Assembly: GCA_045660085.1 (NCBI GenBank)
Contig: JAZRDA010000014.1
Coordinates: 1,984-65,983 of the forward strand
Reading direction: 5' to 3'
From: Candidatus Nanosyncoccus sp.
GTDB taxonomy: Bacteria; Patescibacteriota; Saccharimonadia; Saccharimonadales; Saccharimonadaceae
DNA: 64,000 nucleotides
Numbering within the stretch: position 1 is the stretch's first letter; every line of letters starts with the position of its first letter. The translations under genes were made by a program, and so were the position numbers. Shown here in pieces: positions 28,474-37,728 of the stretch. The notes below the pieces were generated by a model that saw only the letters and a list, made by a program, of their open reading frames with translations, searched no databases and was not told the origin of the DNA.

Positions 28474-31400
28474 CTACACGGCAAAACTGCGGTTTCTCAC
28501 ATCAGCATATTGAATATCGTTAATTAACGGAGTCTCATCGATAGCAGAGTCGTCATCATTAGATTGCAATAAAATACTTTTCTCAATATTTTCAGTCTCT
28601 CCAAAAGCATATCGCTCACCTGGATTGTAATTCGCAATATAATCATAGTACTCGATCAAGGCTAGCGTATCCACAACCTCCTCTTTCGTTAGTCCTGAAA
28701 CCCGCGCAATCTGCCCCTCAATCGAATTATCCAATGGATTCTCTCTATAATAATCTTCCAAAAATGCTACAGTGGAATTTGACTCTGTAATCTCCATATC
28801 ATAAAGCACACGTTGATCCAGATTATACATTGAAAAAGTCTTTACCATTTCATTTACATCTTGATTTTCCGTGTTTCCAGTACAAGCAGCCCCACTATTC
28901 CATTTAAAGTTATTCGCTTGTTCAGCCGCATCGATCACATCCAAGAAACCCTCAAACGGCACAAAATTTGCTCCGAAATTCACTATTCCATTAGCAATCG
29001 GACCACCACCCGCGATCCCTGCAACACCTTTCTGTACTCCCTCTATATATCCTTCAACTGCCGCATTCATAGTACCAGGCTGAGTATCACTGGAAACACA
29101 GGCAATCACATATTTTGCATAATCTGAACCGTTTTTAATCTTTGGGTTACCATAAGAATCTAAGCCATCAAAACTCCCATACTTTACCATTTTGTCATAA
29201 ATCTCATCATAACTTACACTGGTTAGTTCATTTACGTAAGCGCCAGAATATTTGCCACAGGCAAAATCTCCAGCCACGCCAACCGATTTTAGAGAGCTAC
29301 AATTATCCTCACTAGCCAGCGAAATCGCATATTTATTAACGTTGTCAGCCGCATTCGCATAGGAACTCATGGATGATAAGGTCGACGATTTGACCAAATC
29401 GGCCACAGAAGAAGCAGTAGATACAATCATCCCACTATCCATACTGTTTATAACCGGTATCATTGAATTAAATAAACTACCAAAGAAAGTATATTTACTA
29501 GTAATATCAAAAGGGCTTAAAGTTGCTCGTTCATAAGCAGCCCATTCCTCCTCCACATTCTTCGTAAGTCCAAAAAGCTCAATAGCATTTTCTCTACTAG
29601 CATATCTACCAGTACTTGCCTGAAGCATAGCATCAAGAATACTGCGAACACCAACATACGATGCATATCCACCATTTAAACCTAGAAAAGCATTTTTAAG
29701 TTCATCTGCAAACCAGGATGCTACCATTGGCGCAATTGCAGTTATCACAGATGTGATTAAAGTTATACTTCCAGCTAGTGCAGCCCCTTTCAGCGTACCT
29801 ATAACAATTTCTTTAATTCCGCCAAACAGCCCAAACGTAAACACCGAAGCCACATCCGAAATACCGTCGACCGCACCGGCCACCCCCTGCAAGGTATTAC
29901 ATACCTTATAAACTTCAGTCCCACCAGATGCATCAAGCATAAGAATGATCGCATTTTCTATCCCGCCTAGGGAGCCAGCCTTAACTAGTGTATGAAGCGC
30001 ATTTCTATTAGCATATTCCCGATTAACATAAAGAGCGCTAGGATCATTTTCGTTAATAACACCCGCTCCAGCAAAAACTGCAGCAAAACCTGGACTGCTA
30101 ACAACCGAACCTGGGCGTTCAACTTCATTACCATCAATATCGTAAGCCTTCGTTTTTACAGATTCACTCCAATTATTAAGCGATAGATTCGTCACTTCAT
30201 CAGCATCGCCGCTTTTTATTTTATCAGCTATTTCTAAATAAATTGATGCATAGTTTCTTAGGCTAAGAGTAACCATCGCGCCGACGGCCGAGCTAATTGA
30301 ACCTATACTTCTCAAGAAACCACAACCCACTGTACCGCTCAACATTGCGGCTTTCTGTGCCTTCACAGAAAGCCCACTAGTAACAGCATCTACACTAGGA
30401 TTATTAGTTCTTAACGTACCATCACTATCAGCTAGTTGCCTATAAGACTTTCCGTCTGCAACATCTTCGTCTACATCAACATTACCCGTTCCAAACACCT
30501 TCCTGCCATCTTCCGTTTCCGTCTCCTCTCCATTTGAAGCCCTCACAGTATCATCATCTATTCCATTACTTCTATTCTTATATAACAATTCATCAACACC
30601 TTCCTCAGTTTTATTCTCAATATCAGTCTGTTTACGAGCGTTATCCCCCACAATCCTCTTCAAGACTATATCGGCCATATTATCAAACCATCCCGCAACT
30701 TTACCAGTGAAAGATACGGTAGCCGCATCATAGTCGGCGCTAAACTGCCTATTCGTTTTTCTTGCATTGGTTAAGGTTAAGCTCGAATCAGCAAGTTTCA
30801 CTCTTCTGCCATCAATATCAACCTCTGCACCCGACTTGGCCAGCGCATTAGCTCTTGTCACATCACCATCAGTCGCTACTACCGGTATCATTCTTCCATT
30901 TGAATCTTCATAAACAAGCATCTTTAATGGTCTTCCGTCTGCATCACTAGTATCAACATAATGAATATTAAATTTTTTCAGTCTATTCGCAAGGCTAGAA
31001 CTCATCTTGACCGTATTCGAATTACCACTTAATATCTTAAACATCAAATAATTAGATCTAACATTCATTACGGCACTATTCTGGCCAAATAGCGAAACGA
31101 GATTTTCTTTCCACGAGACAACCTCAGGAATCATAGCAGTAAAGGATACGGTTCCCAACCCAAAAATCGCAACAATAATACCAATAATACCAGAAGGAGT
31201 TCTCTTAAAAAACAAACCATTTTTCTTTTTAAACTTACCCTTCGACTCACGACTGTGGCCAGAATAAAACCCGCCAGCTCTTTCTTCTTCCTCGCGCGCA
31301 TCAACTAGAGTCTCACCCGATCTATAGAACCCTTTCCCACCGTCTATCTTTTCTTCTGCGCTCTTTAATTTCTCCAACTCGACATTATTCGCCCTACTAT

Positions 31401-31530
31401 TGTTGTCATCTATTGCATGAGAAAAGCCGTCACTATCCCCTTCCCTCTTCAGCAAAGAAGGTTTTATCCCTCTTCTTCCAGATTCCAAGACTGCGCGATT
31501 TGGATCGTTTCTACCTAGGTTGTCGTCCAT
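28474..31530 (-). CDS. large orphan membrane protein (1018 aa), function unknown
   Basis: Charged N-terminal ~110 aa, one transmembrane segment (IIGIIVAIFGLGTVSFTAMI), and further hydrophobic Gly/Ala-rich segments in mid-protein (AAMLSGTVGCGFL..., GAALAGSITLITSVITAIAPMVASWF). No motif I can assign. Confidence 0.6.
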   Translation of the reverse strand: MDDNLGRNDPNRAVLESGRRGIKPSLLKREGDSDGFSHAIDDNNSRANNVELEKLKSAEEKIDGGKGFYRSGETLVDAREEEERAGGFYSGHSRESKGKFKKKNGLFFKRTPSGIIGIIVAIFGLGTVSFTAMIPEVVSWKENLVSLFGQNSAVMNVRSNYLMFKILSGNSNTVKMSSSLANRLKKFNIHYVDTSDADGRPLKMLVYEDSNGRMIPVVATDGDVTRANALAKSGAEVDIDGRRVKLADSSLTLTNARKTNRQFSADYDAATVSFTGKVAGWFDNMADIVLKRIVGDNARKQTDIENKTEEGVDELLYKNRSNGIDDDTVRASNGEETETEDGRKVFGTGNVDVDEDVADGKSYRQLADSDGTLRTNNPSVDAVTSGLSVKAQKAAMLSGTVGCGFLRSIGSISSAVGAMVTLSLRNYASIYLEIADKIKSGDADEVTNLSLNNWSESVKTKAYDIDGNEVERPGSVVSSPGFAAVFAGAGVINENDPSALYVNREYANRNALHTLVKAGSLGGIENAIILMLDASGGTEVYKVCNTLQGVAGAVDGISDVASVFTFGLFGGIKEIVIGTLKGAALAGSITLITSVITAIAPMVASWFADELKNAFLGLNGGYASYVGVRSILDAMLQASTGRYASRENAIELFGLTKNVEEEWAAYERATLSPFDITSKYTFFGSLFNSMIPVINSMDSGMIVSTASSVADLVKSSTLSSMSSYANAADNVNKYAISLASEDNCSSLKSVGVAGDFACGKYSGAYVNELTSVSYDEIYDKMVKYGSFDGLDSYGNPKIKNGSDYAKYVIACVSSDTQPGTMNAAVEGYIEGVQKGVAGIAGGGPIANGIVNFGANFVPFEGFLDVIDAAEQANNFKWNSGAACTGNTENQDVNEMVKTFSMYNLDQRVLYDMEITESNSTVAFLEDYYRENPLDNSIEGQIARVSGLTKEEVVDTLALIEYYDYIANYNPGERYAFGETENIEKSILLQSNDDDSAIDETPLINDIQYADVRNRSFAV

Positions 31531-31634
31531 TATGCCTTTTATTATATATTACTTATGCTTACTATTCAAGCTATGATTTGGTCATACAACCATCTAATCA
31601 CAACGATAAATCAACAAAATACACTAAACACTCT

Positions 31635-31862
31635 TTACAGTAAAATTATCGAAATCAAAGATAGCAGCGCTAGTACTATAAGTACTGGCCAAATCCAGCC
31701 GAACTTACCAGTCTTCTTCAAATCCTTCATATATTCAGCATCGTCAGCTAGATCCACATCCTTGTCCTCGGCACTGCTAACAACGCGCGCCCTGAGATCT
31801 GCACTGATTCTCTTAGATAATTCGCTATCTTTATCGTCTTGTTTATTTACAATTACACCCAT
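31635..31862 (-). CDS. small tail-anchored membrane protein (75 aa)
   Basis: Acidic soluble N-terminal part followed by a C-terminal transmembrane segment, WIWPVLIVLALLSLISIILL. AGGAAG Shine-Dalgarno upstream. Confidence 0.55.
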   Translation of the reverse strand: MGVIVNKQDDKDSELSKRISADLRARVVSSAEDKDVDLADDAEYMKDLKKTGKFGWIWPVLIVLALLSLISIILL

Positions 31863-31946
31863 ATTCTTCCTAAATAAATTAATAACTTTTTTATTATATC
31901 ATAATAATGTGCTATAATTTAGGCAAATATCATTTAAGGAGGAATA

Positions 31947-32885
31947 ATGGCGACCAAAAAGTCGAAAGTGTCGAACAAGTCCAACAAGAAGGCTAAATCG
32001 ACTAAACCAAAAACTGCCGTAAAGTCTGTCACAAAATCAGAACTCGAGGCTCCTAAAACTAAAACAGAGCAAGCTCCTAAGCACGAAGTGATTTCTTCTG
32101 CTAAGAAATCCTTCCTTTCTGGATTCTTCGCTCGCAAATATGAAGAAAAAGAAGGCATCTTGACAGTTTTCAAAAATCCTAAATTCTATGGCGCACTGCT
32201 CGGAGAAATCATTGGAACCATGCTACTTGCATTATTGTTCTTCTCCCTTTCACTAATGGGAATCCATAGTGCAGCGACCTACTCTTTCGCAATCATTGCA
32301 GTACTGATTGCCGTCTACGCCTTTTCTGGTGCCTGCCTTAATCCGGCTATCACCGTCGGCATGATGGCTACTCGCAGAATGTCTGTCATTCGCGGTATCA
32401 TGTACATCATTGCTGAAGTAATTGGCGCCTGGCTTGGCTGGCTTATCTTCAACGCCTTCCATCTAACTGGCGGCGAATCAGCTTACGATGTTCCAACTAT
32501 GTCGGCAATTGCCGAGAACGGAATGTGGATTGTCACCATGGTTGAGCTACTTGGTGCAATTATTATTTCATTCTTCTTCTCACGTGCACTCAAGTACAAG
32601 CGCAGTGTCTTTACATTTGCAGCAGTCGTAGCCGGCGGGATGGCTCTTGCTATAGTCTTAGGTTATGTTGTCTCCGCAGCATTCCTTGGATTAAACAATA
32701 ACTTCATCTTTAATCCAGCCCTTGCCATGATGTACAAGATCTTCCCCACCTCAGGTGAAAACTTTGGCGAAATAATTGGTAGTATTTGCCAAGCACTATC
32801 AATCTACGCCATTTTCCCAATGATTGGTGGTGTCGCAGGGTTCTACCTGTCTGAGTTTACATCTAGATTATCTGGCGAAGAATAA
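31947..32885 (+). CDS. MIP-family channel (aquaporin/glycerol facilitator) with ~75-aa Lys-rich N-terminal extension
   Basis: Two NPA boxes (CLNPAITVG, IFNPALAMM). AAGGAGG Shine-Dalgarno. TGcTATAAT extended -10 box upstream. Confidence 0.88.
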   Translation: MATKKSKVSNKSNKKAKSTKPKTAVKSVTKSELEAPKTKTEQAPKHEVISSAKKSFLSGFFARKYEEKEGILTVFKNPKFYGALLGEIIGTMLLALLFFSLSLMGIHSAATYSFAIIAVLIAVYAFSGACLNPAITVGMMATRRMSVIRGIMYIIAEVIGAWLGWLIFNAFHLTGGESAYDVPTMSAIAENGMWIVTMVELLGAIIISFFFSRALKYKRSVFTFAAVVAGGMALAIVLGYVVSAAFLGLNNNFIFNPALAMMYKIFPTSGENFGEIIGSICQALSIYAIFPMIGGVAGFYLSEFTSRLSGEE

Positions 32886-32901
32886 TTAAAGTAAGTACCG
32901 C

Positions 32902-32934
32902 AAAATAATCCCCTAAAGCCAGGGGATTATTTTT
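32902..32934. terminator. bidirectional rho-independent terminator (aquaporin / metG convergent pair)
   Basis: aaaataatcccc-taaagcca-ggggattatttt: a perfect 12-bp stem with an A-run and a T-run. Confidence 0.8.
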
Positions 32935-32984
32935 ATAGTGGAATCATGCCACAATATGATAATAATGCTAAAAAATAATGGATA

Positions 32985-34403
32985 TTAGTTCTTCGGGAAC
33001 AACGGTGTCTTCGGTGCATGAATCTGCCCCTCGAACACCTCAATTATCTTCTCCGCTGCATCGGGTAAGAATGGCGATAATTCGTAAGCAGCATTAAGCA
33101 AACCACCAATCAAATCATTCATGCATTTGTTTAATTCTTCTATTTCACCATTCTTTGCCAAACTCCAGGGTTTTTCTTCGTCAATTTGCTTATTTAGACC
33201 TTGGATCTTATCCCAAACTAAATCGAAGGCTTTCGAGAACTCAAAGTTATCCATCAAACCAATGTATTCATCCGACAGACCATTATTTTCTCTTTTGTCA
33301 TATGCTATTTGGTTTTTCTCTGCTAAAGTCGCCAGCCTCTGCACCAAATTACCAAGATCATTAGCCAGCTCATTATTATAGGCATCGCTAAACTTTTCCC
33401 AGGTAAAATCCGAATCAGCGAAGGTATCAATATGTCTTAGGAAGAAATATCTAAAAGCATCTAACCCATATTTATCTAACACTTCCACTGGGTCCACCAC
33501 ATTGCCAATGGATTTCGACATTTTTTGACCATCACAAAGCACCATACCATGCGAAACTAGATTTCGTGGCAGAGGAAGACCAAGCCCAAGTAGCATTGCT
33601 GGCCATATAATTGCATGAAACCTCAATATATCTTTCCCTACAAACTGCGCATCCGCCGGCCACCATTCAGCAAAATCTAAAGATTCCGGAAAACCCAACA
33701 CGGTTATATAGTTCGAAAGCGCATCTAGCCACACATACATAACCTGTGAAGGATCATCCGGCACTGGCACGCCCCAATTCAACTGTGAAACCGGCCTCGA
33801 GATGGAGACATCGGGTGATTCACCCAAAAGTCGCAAGATTTCTTTCTTCCGAAACTCTGGCAAAATTTTAAGTTCATCAGACTCAATCGCCTCGCGAATC
33901 TCATCCTTAAAATCGCTAATCCTATAATAATAGTTTTCTTCTTCCAATTTCTCGTACGGCTTCTGATGATCAGGACATACGCCACCGGTCTCCTCATATT
34001 CTTTTTTCGTAATATATCTTTCACAACCAGTGCAATACCAACCTTCATATTTAGCCTTATAAATATGATCACCCAGCCGCCGCCAGATTTCCTGCACGCG
34101 CTTCTCGTGCTCCTTATCTGTAGTTCTTATAAAATCCGTATAGGAAACATTGAGTTTTTTTATAAAAGTTCTAAACTTATCAGAATTTTCATCTACATAT
34201 TCCTGAACTGGTACGTTTAATTCTTTAGCTTTTTGGGCTATCTTATTACCATGCTCATCAGTCCCCGCCTGAAACCTCACCTCATTTCCCTTTGCTCTTT
34301 GATATCTCGCATAACAATCAGCCAAACAATAATCCATCGCATGCCCAATATGCGGTTTTCCATTAACATAAGGTATAGCTGTCGTAATATATATCTTTTC
34401 CAT
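32985..34403 (-). CDS. metG: methionine--tRNA ligase
   Basis: MEKIYITTAIPYVNGKPHIGH (HIGH motif), KMSKS (QKMSKSIGN), and a CxxC...CP knuckle. Start moved from 34439 to the ATG at 34403. Confidence 0.93.
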   Translation of the reverse strand: MEKIYITTAIPYVNGKPHIGHAMDYCLADCYARYQRAKGNEVRFQAGTDEHGNKIAQKAKELNVPVQEYVDENSDKFRTFIKKLNVSYTDFIRTTDKEHEKRVQEIWRRLGDHIYKAKYEGWYCTGCERYITKKEYEETGGVCPDHQKPYEKLEEENYYYRISDFKDEIREAIESDELKILPEFRKKEILRLLGESPDVSISRPVSQLNWGVPVPDDPSQVMYVWLDALSNYITVLGFPESLDFAEWWPADAQFVGKDILRFHAIIWPAMLLGLGLPLPRNLVSHGMVLCDGQKMSKSIGNVVDPVEVLDKYGLDAFRYFFLRHIDTFADSDFTWEKFSDAYNNELANDLGNLVQRLATLAEKNQIAYDKRENNGLSDEYIGLMDNFEFSKAFDLVWDKIQGLNKQIDEEKPWSLAKNGEIEELNKCMNDLIGGLLNAAYELSPFLPDAAEKIIEVFEGQIHAPKTPLFPKN

Positions 34404-34410
34404 AAAACAT

Positions 34411-34416
34411 ATTTTA
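34411..34416 (-). promoter_or_regulatory. -10 box (TAAAAT) 7 nt upstream of the metG ATG; leaderless-type
   Basis: Minus strand reads attgTAAAATatgttttATGgaa. It directly follows the terminator at 34427-34465. Confidence 0.4.
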
Positions 34417-34426
34417 CAATATTTAT

Positions 34427-34465
34427 TAAAACAAAACAAGCTGCCAATTCATAGACAGCTTGTTT
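34427..34465 (-). terminator. rho-independent terminator after the 409-aa gene
   Basis: Minus strand reads aaacaagctg-tctatgaattgg-cagcttgttt followed by tgtttt. Confidence 0.7.
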
Positions 34466-34481
34466 CAAATCACTAAAACAT

Positions 34482-35711
34482 CTATTTACTTAGACAAGTG
34501 AACGTAACAGTGTCACTACTTAAGGATTCTTGTGCTTTTTTAACAAACTCACTAAGTGTAACCTTGAGGGTTCCATCTGCTTCAAATGTCTCATCCGATT
34601 GAGTTGAATCAGTAAAGATTTCAGAAGAACTCATGGTTTTCTTCTCAGTCTTAGTCTCACCATTTTCATCCGTCGTACTTATCTCAACTGTCGCACTAGA
34701 AAGTTTATTGTCCTCGATCAAGAAAGTAACGCTTCGTGAAACTGTTCCCAATGTGTCAGAATTATAGCTCCCGGCACAAACGACTGTACTTGCATTGCTG
34801 CTAGTACTACCACCATTCGTACTCGAACCACTATTTGAACCATTGCTCGAACTATTACTACTCGAACCATTCTGCGAAGAACTACTATTGGAATTACTAT
34901 TAGAGTTGCTGCTAGAATTGCTACTGGAGCTATTACTAGAAGAATTCGAGCTAGAGCCACCCGAACCAGAGTTATCACCAGAACCTGGCCAATTCATAAA
35001 CTGCATCGCAAACACTGCCCCTAACGCAATTATCACCATCACCGCGACTACGATTAAAGCTATCAAAGTGTTCTTACTAGTCTTCTTTTTTGCTGGCTTG
35101 GTGCTAAGAGGTTGTGGATTCGTCGCATCAGGCTGCATTGCAGGATCAGAGAACGACACACTAGGCGTTGTAGCCTTAGTCGCAGCCTGCGAAGTTTGAA
35201 ACGGATTAATAGCAGGATTAGATTCAGGAGCCTGTGCGACTGCACTTTCAGCAGGACCAGACACAGCCGAGCCGATTGAGCCAGGAGCTGGGGCTGCCGC
35301 CTTCATCGGAGCTTTTAATTCTTCTTCAATCGGGTCCGGCGCCTTCGGTTGTTCTGGCATCATAATTGGTTCAGTAGCCGCCACACCCACACCTGCAGGC
35401 TTGAAGCCCGCGGGCGAGAGATTGGAAGAACTAACTGGTTGAGGTGTAGGCATCACCGCTGGCTGTCCAAAGGAACCCGAAGACTGCACTGGAGCAACTG
35501 GTCGAACCGGAGCAGTGGGTTGAGCGGAAATAGTTGGCCGGACAGGGCTAACCGGAGCATTCGACGGAGCCGTAGCAGCAGGTTCAAAAGCAGATGCACT
35601 AGGATTAATCGGCTGAGTGGGATTCACTGGCGACACTGGATTTGGCACTGGCGACGGTCCAGACGTTGGTGACGGATTAGGTGTTGGTGTTGAATTGCTT
35701 ATTGGATCCAT
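34482..35711 (-). CDS. single-pass membrane protein with Pro-rich N-terminal half and Ser/Asn/Gly-rich linker
   Basis: N-terminal ~215 aa are Pro/Ala/Ser-rich (PNPSPTSGPSPVPNPVSPVNP...). Transmembrane segment LIALIVVAVMVIIALGAVFAM. A ~65-aa S/N/G low-complexity tract, then a ~100-aa C-terminal domain with 2 Cys. Confidence 0.6.
   Translation of the reverse strand: MDPISNSTPTPNPSPTSGPSPVPNPVSPVNPTQPINPSASAFEPAATAPSNAPVSPVRPTISAQPTAPVRPVAPVQSSGSFGQPAVMPTPQPVSSSNLSPAGFKPAGVGVAATEPIMMPEQPKAPDPIEEELKAPMKAAAPAPGSIGSAVSGPAESAVAQAPESNPAINPFQTSQAATKATTPSVSFSDPAMQPDATNPQPLSTKPAKKKTSKNTLIALIVVAVMVIIALGAVFAMQFMNWPGSGDNSGSGGSSSNSSSNSSSSNSSSNSNSNSNSSSSQNGSSSNSSSNGSNSGSSTNGGSTSSNASTVVCAGSYNSDTLGTVSRSVTFLIEDNKLSSATVEISTTDENGETKTEKKTMSSSEIFTDSTQSDETFEADGTLKVTLSEFVKKAQESLSSDTVTFTCLSK
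34787..34985. repeat. low-complexity AGC/AAT/GGT-type codon repeat tract (encodes the Ser/Asn/Gly linker)
   Basis: Runs such as gctgctagaattgctactggagctattactagaagaattcgagct. Imperfect trinucleotide/hexanucleotide periodicity, visible in the SSSNSSSNSSSSNSSSNSNSNSNSSSS translation. Confidence 0.7.
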
Positions 35712-35791
35712 ATTATTTTCCTTATCAATTATTTTAATATATTATAATCATAAACTCATTATACCATGAAATCAGTAAATTCGTCTTAAAA

Positions 35792-37675
35792 CTATCGCCC
35801 AGAAAAACCACCTCCGCCTCCCCCACCTCCGGAGAATCCGCCCCCTCCACCACCAGAGAACCCAGACGAAGAACCTCCGCCGGAGCTAGACATCGTAGAA
35901 CTTGCAGCTGCAACACTAGCAACGTTGTTTAATCCCCTCGTAATATCCGAAATGGCTAACCCCATCAATAGATAATCTGGTTCTTCAATCTCCTTCACTT
36001 CGCAGTATTCCTTCATTTCCTTAAGCCAGCTTTCCTCCAGTCCAAATACGGCCGCATACGGTAATAATTTCTCATATAGCTTCACAATTCCAGTCGACGA
36101 GGTGTCGGCACCATTTACACTTTGCAAGAATCTTATCCTCTCGGCCTCCGCCATTCCGATGTATAGTTTTAATCCATCCATATACCTAGACATCTTAAGG
36201 CCGTTTAAGGTATAGCCAGAATACTTGCCGGCAGTCTTATATAAATATGTACAAACTACCACGGTAATAACTACCATCGGAATAACCACATACATAAAAC
36301 CATCTCGAAACACTAGTATCCTGCCAAGAGAATGATCCAAATTAAACATATCAATCAAATAGCTCATTATATACGCGCCAGCAAATAAAGCAATCGCAGA
36401 AAAGAATACCGCCTGAATAATAATATCACCAATCGAACTGTTGTTAGAACGTCCAAATACATACTTAGACTCCACTAACCCATCATGTTTTAAATCGTCA
36501 GTTATTTTCTTTTCTATCGCTTTGCTAAGAGCAATTAGCTCACCATTAGCAGTATGATTTCTTACTGCAATTGTAGTTCCAACCTCAGGGCGCCCACCAT
36601 CATTTATAATTGTTAATAAATCTATATACTCTTCCGTCACATCGGTTAGGTTTTTTACAATGATATTCCATTTCTGATTGTTTCTCCAAGATTTCTCGCC
36701 GACTTTCTGTAACTCAATTTTATGCCTCACTATTAAATCCAGCAACATCGGTACACGATAATTCTTCTTCTTACCTATAAAAACCTCCGTCATTTCCGGC
36801 AAGCTATATTCCTTACTTGGTTGAAATTCTGGTTTCACGAAAGTGTTTTTATAGGCTAAAATTTTCTTACGTGTAGACAGATATTTCTTCACTGCAAGGC
36901 CAATCATCACTGCGCAAAACGCCCCGACACCAAGCGCAATCCATATATAAGTATAATCTTCCCGAAGTGCCGGCAACTTAAAACTATTCGCCTTCAGCTC
37001 GACATCAAAGGTTAGGTTTTCAAACGAACTCAAATCCACTGACACAAATTGCACACCATCATCAAGCTTCGTTATTTCGCAGCGACTTCGTCCACTCTCA
37101 CCATATTTACCAACATAACACCAACTTTCACCGGTCCAAACATCCATATTATCAAAATGGAGCCTCGCCGTCACTTTGTCAAATCGTTGTAGTGCGCCAT
37201 TGCCATTCGTATCCCAATATAGCTCTTGAAAAATTCTGCCATTTTCATTAAACTCCGTCACAACATTAGTATATTTATACTCGAAAGTATAAGTCTGAGC
37301 TCCTAACACATAGTCGTCATTACCAGTACAAACGTTATAGAAATTGTCAATCTTGTCAATACTATAAATCGGCTCAGTTAAACCATTCCTAGTGACAATA
37401 ATATCATTCCTGGTTAAACTTGGAAGCACCAGATTATTGCCGTCTTGATTTGTGTAGGGTATTTGCCGACAAATTCCTTTATTCTGATTATATTCAGGAA
37501 AAACCGCAGTTACGTTCTCCCGAACTTTTAGGTAAGAAGTTCCATCTTCATTACTCCCAAGATAATAATCTCCAGTGAAATCACTGAAATAAAAATTATC
37601 CGTACTCGCGGCGCCCACCGGAGTCCCAATAAGCCAAATTAAAGTTAATATAATAATAGCCATTACTCTCTTCAT
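35792..37675 (-). CDS. DUF2207-like membrane protein with Gly-rich C-terminal tail
   Basis: Signal peptide, ~230-aa extracellular domain, several transmembrane segments, and a GGGSSSGFSGGGGGGFSGGGGGGGGFSGR tail. This overall layout is characteristic of DUF2207 proteins (from memory). Confidence 0.65.
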   Translation of the reverse strand: MKRVMAIIILTLIWLIGTPVGAASTDNFYFSDFTGDYYLGSNEDGTSYLKVRENVTAVFPEYNQNKGICRQIPYTNQDGNNLVLPSLTRNDIIVTRNGLTEPIYSIDKIDNFYNVCTGNDDYVLGAQTYTFEYKYTNVVTEFNENGRIFQELYWDTNGNGALQRFDKVTARLHFDNMDVWTGESWCYVGKYGESGRSRCEITKLDDGVQFVSVDLSSFENLTFDVELKANSFKLPALREDYTYIWIALGVGAFCAVMIGLAVKKYLSTRKKILAYKNTFVKPEFQPSKEYSLPEMTEVFIGKKKNYRVPMLLDLIVRHKIELQKVGEKSWRNNQKWNIIVKNLTDVTEEYIDLLTIINDGGRPEVGTTIAVRNHTANGELIALSKAIEKKITDDLKHDGLVESKYVFGRSNNSSIGDIIIQAVFFSAIALFAGAYIMSYLIDMFNLDHSLGRILVFRDGFMYVVIPMVVITVVVCTYLYKTAGKYSGYTLNGLKMSRYMDGLKLYIGMAEAERIRFLQSVNGADTSSTGIVKLYEKLLPYAAVFGLEESWLKEMKEYCEVKEIEEPDYLLMGLAISDITRGLNNVASVAAASSTMSSSGGGSSSGFSGGGGGGFSGGGGGGGGFSGR

Positions 37676-37682
37676 ACCATAT

Positions 37683-37688
37683 ATTATA
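37683..37688 (-). promoter_or_regulatory. -10 box (TATAAT) 7 nt upstream of the DUF2207-like gene ATG; leaderless-type
   Basis: Minus strand reads gataTATAATatatggtATGaag. Confidence 0.45.
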
Positions 37689-37722
37689 TATCATTCTTTC
37701 AAATAAAAAACTAGAACCATGT

Positions 37723-37728
37723 TATAAT
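37723..37728 (+). promoter_or_regulatory. extended -10 box (TGtTATAAT) abutting the ldh start; leaderless-type
   Basis: catgtTATAATatgcttATGgat. The second ATG (37735) lies 6 nt after the box. Confidence 0.45.

Noticed and set aside
31934-32173. 79-aa minus-strand ORF overlapping the aquaporin 5' end
   Set aside because: It lies antisense to the Lys-rich N-terminal extension of the MIP gene, which has a strong SD and promoter. It has no SD, and its sequence mirrors the codon repeats.
34787-34985. Repetitive tract considered as a possible CRISPR array or other non-coding tandem repeat
   Set aside because: There are no constant repeat units with unique spacers. The periodicity is 3 nt and stays in frame within a long ORF, encoding a Ser/Asn/Gly linker. 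It is a low-complexity coding region.
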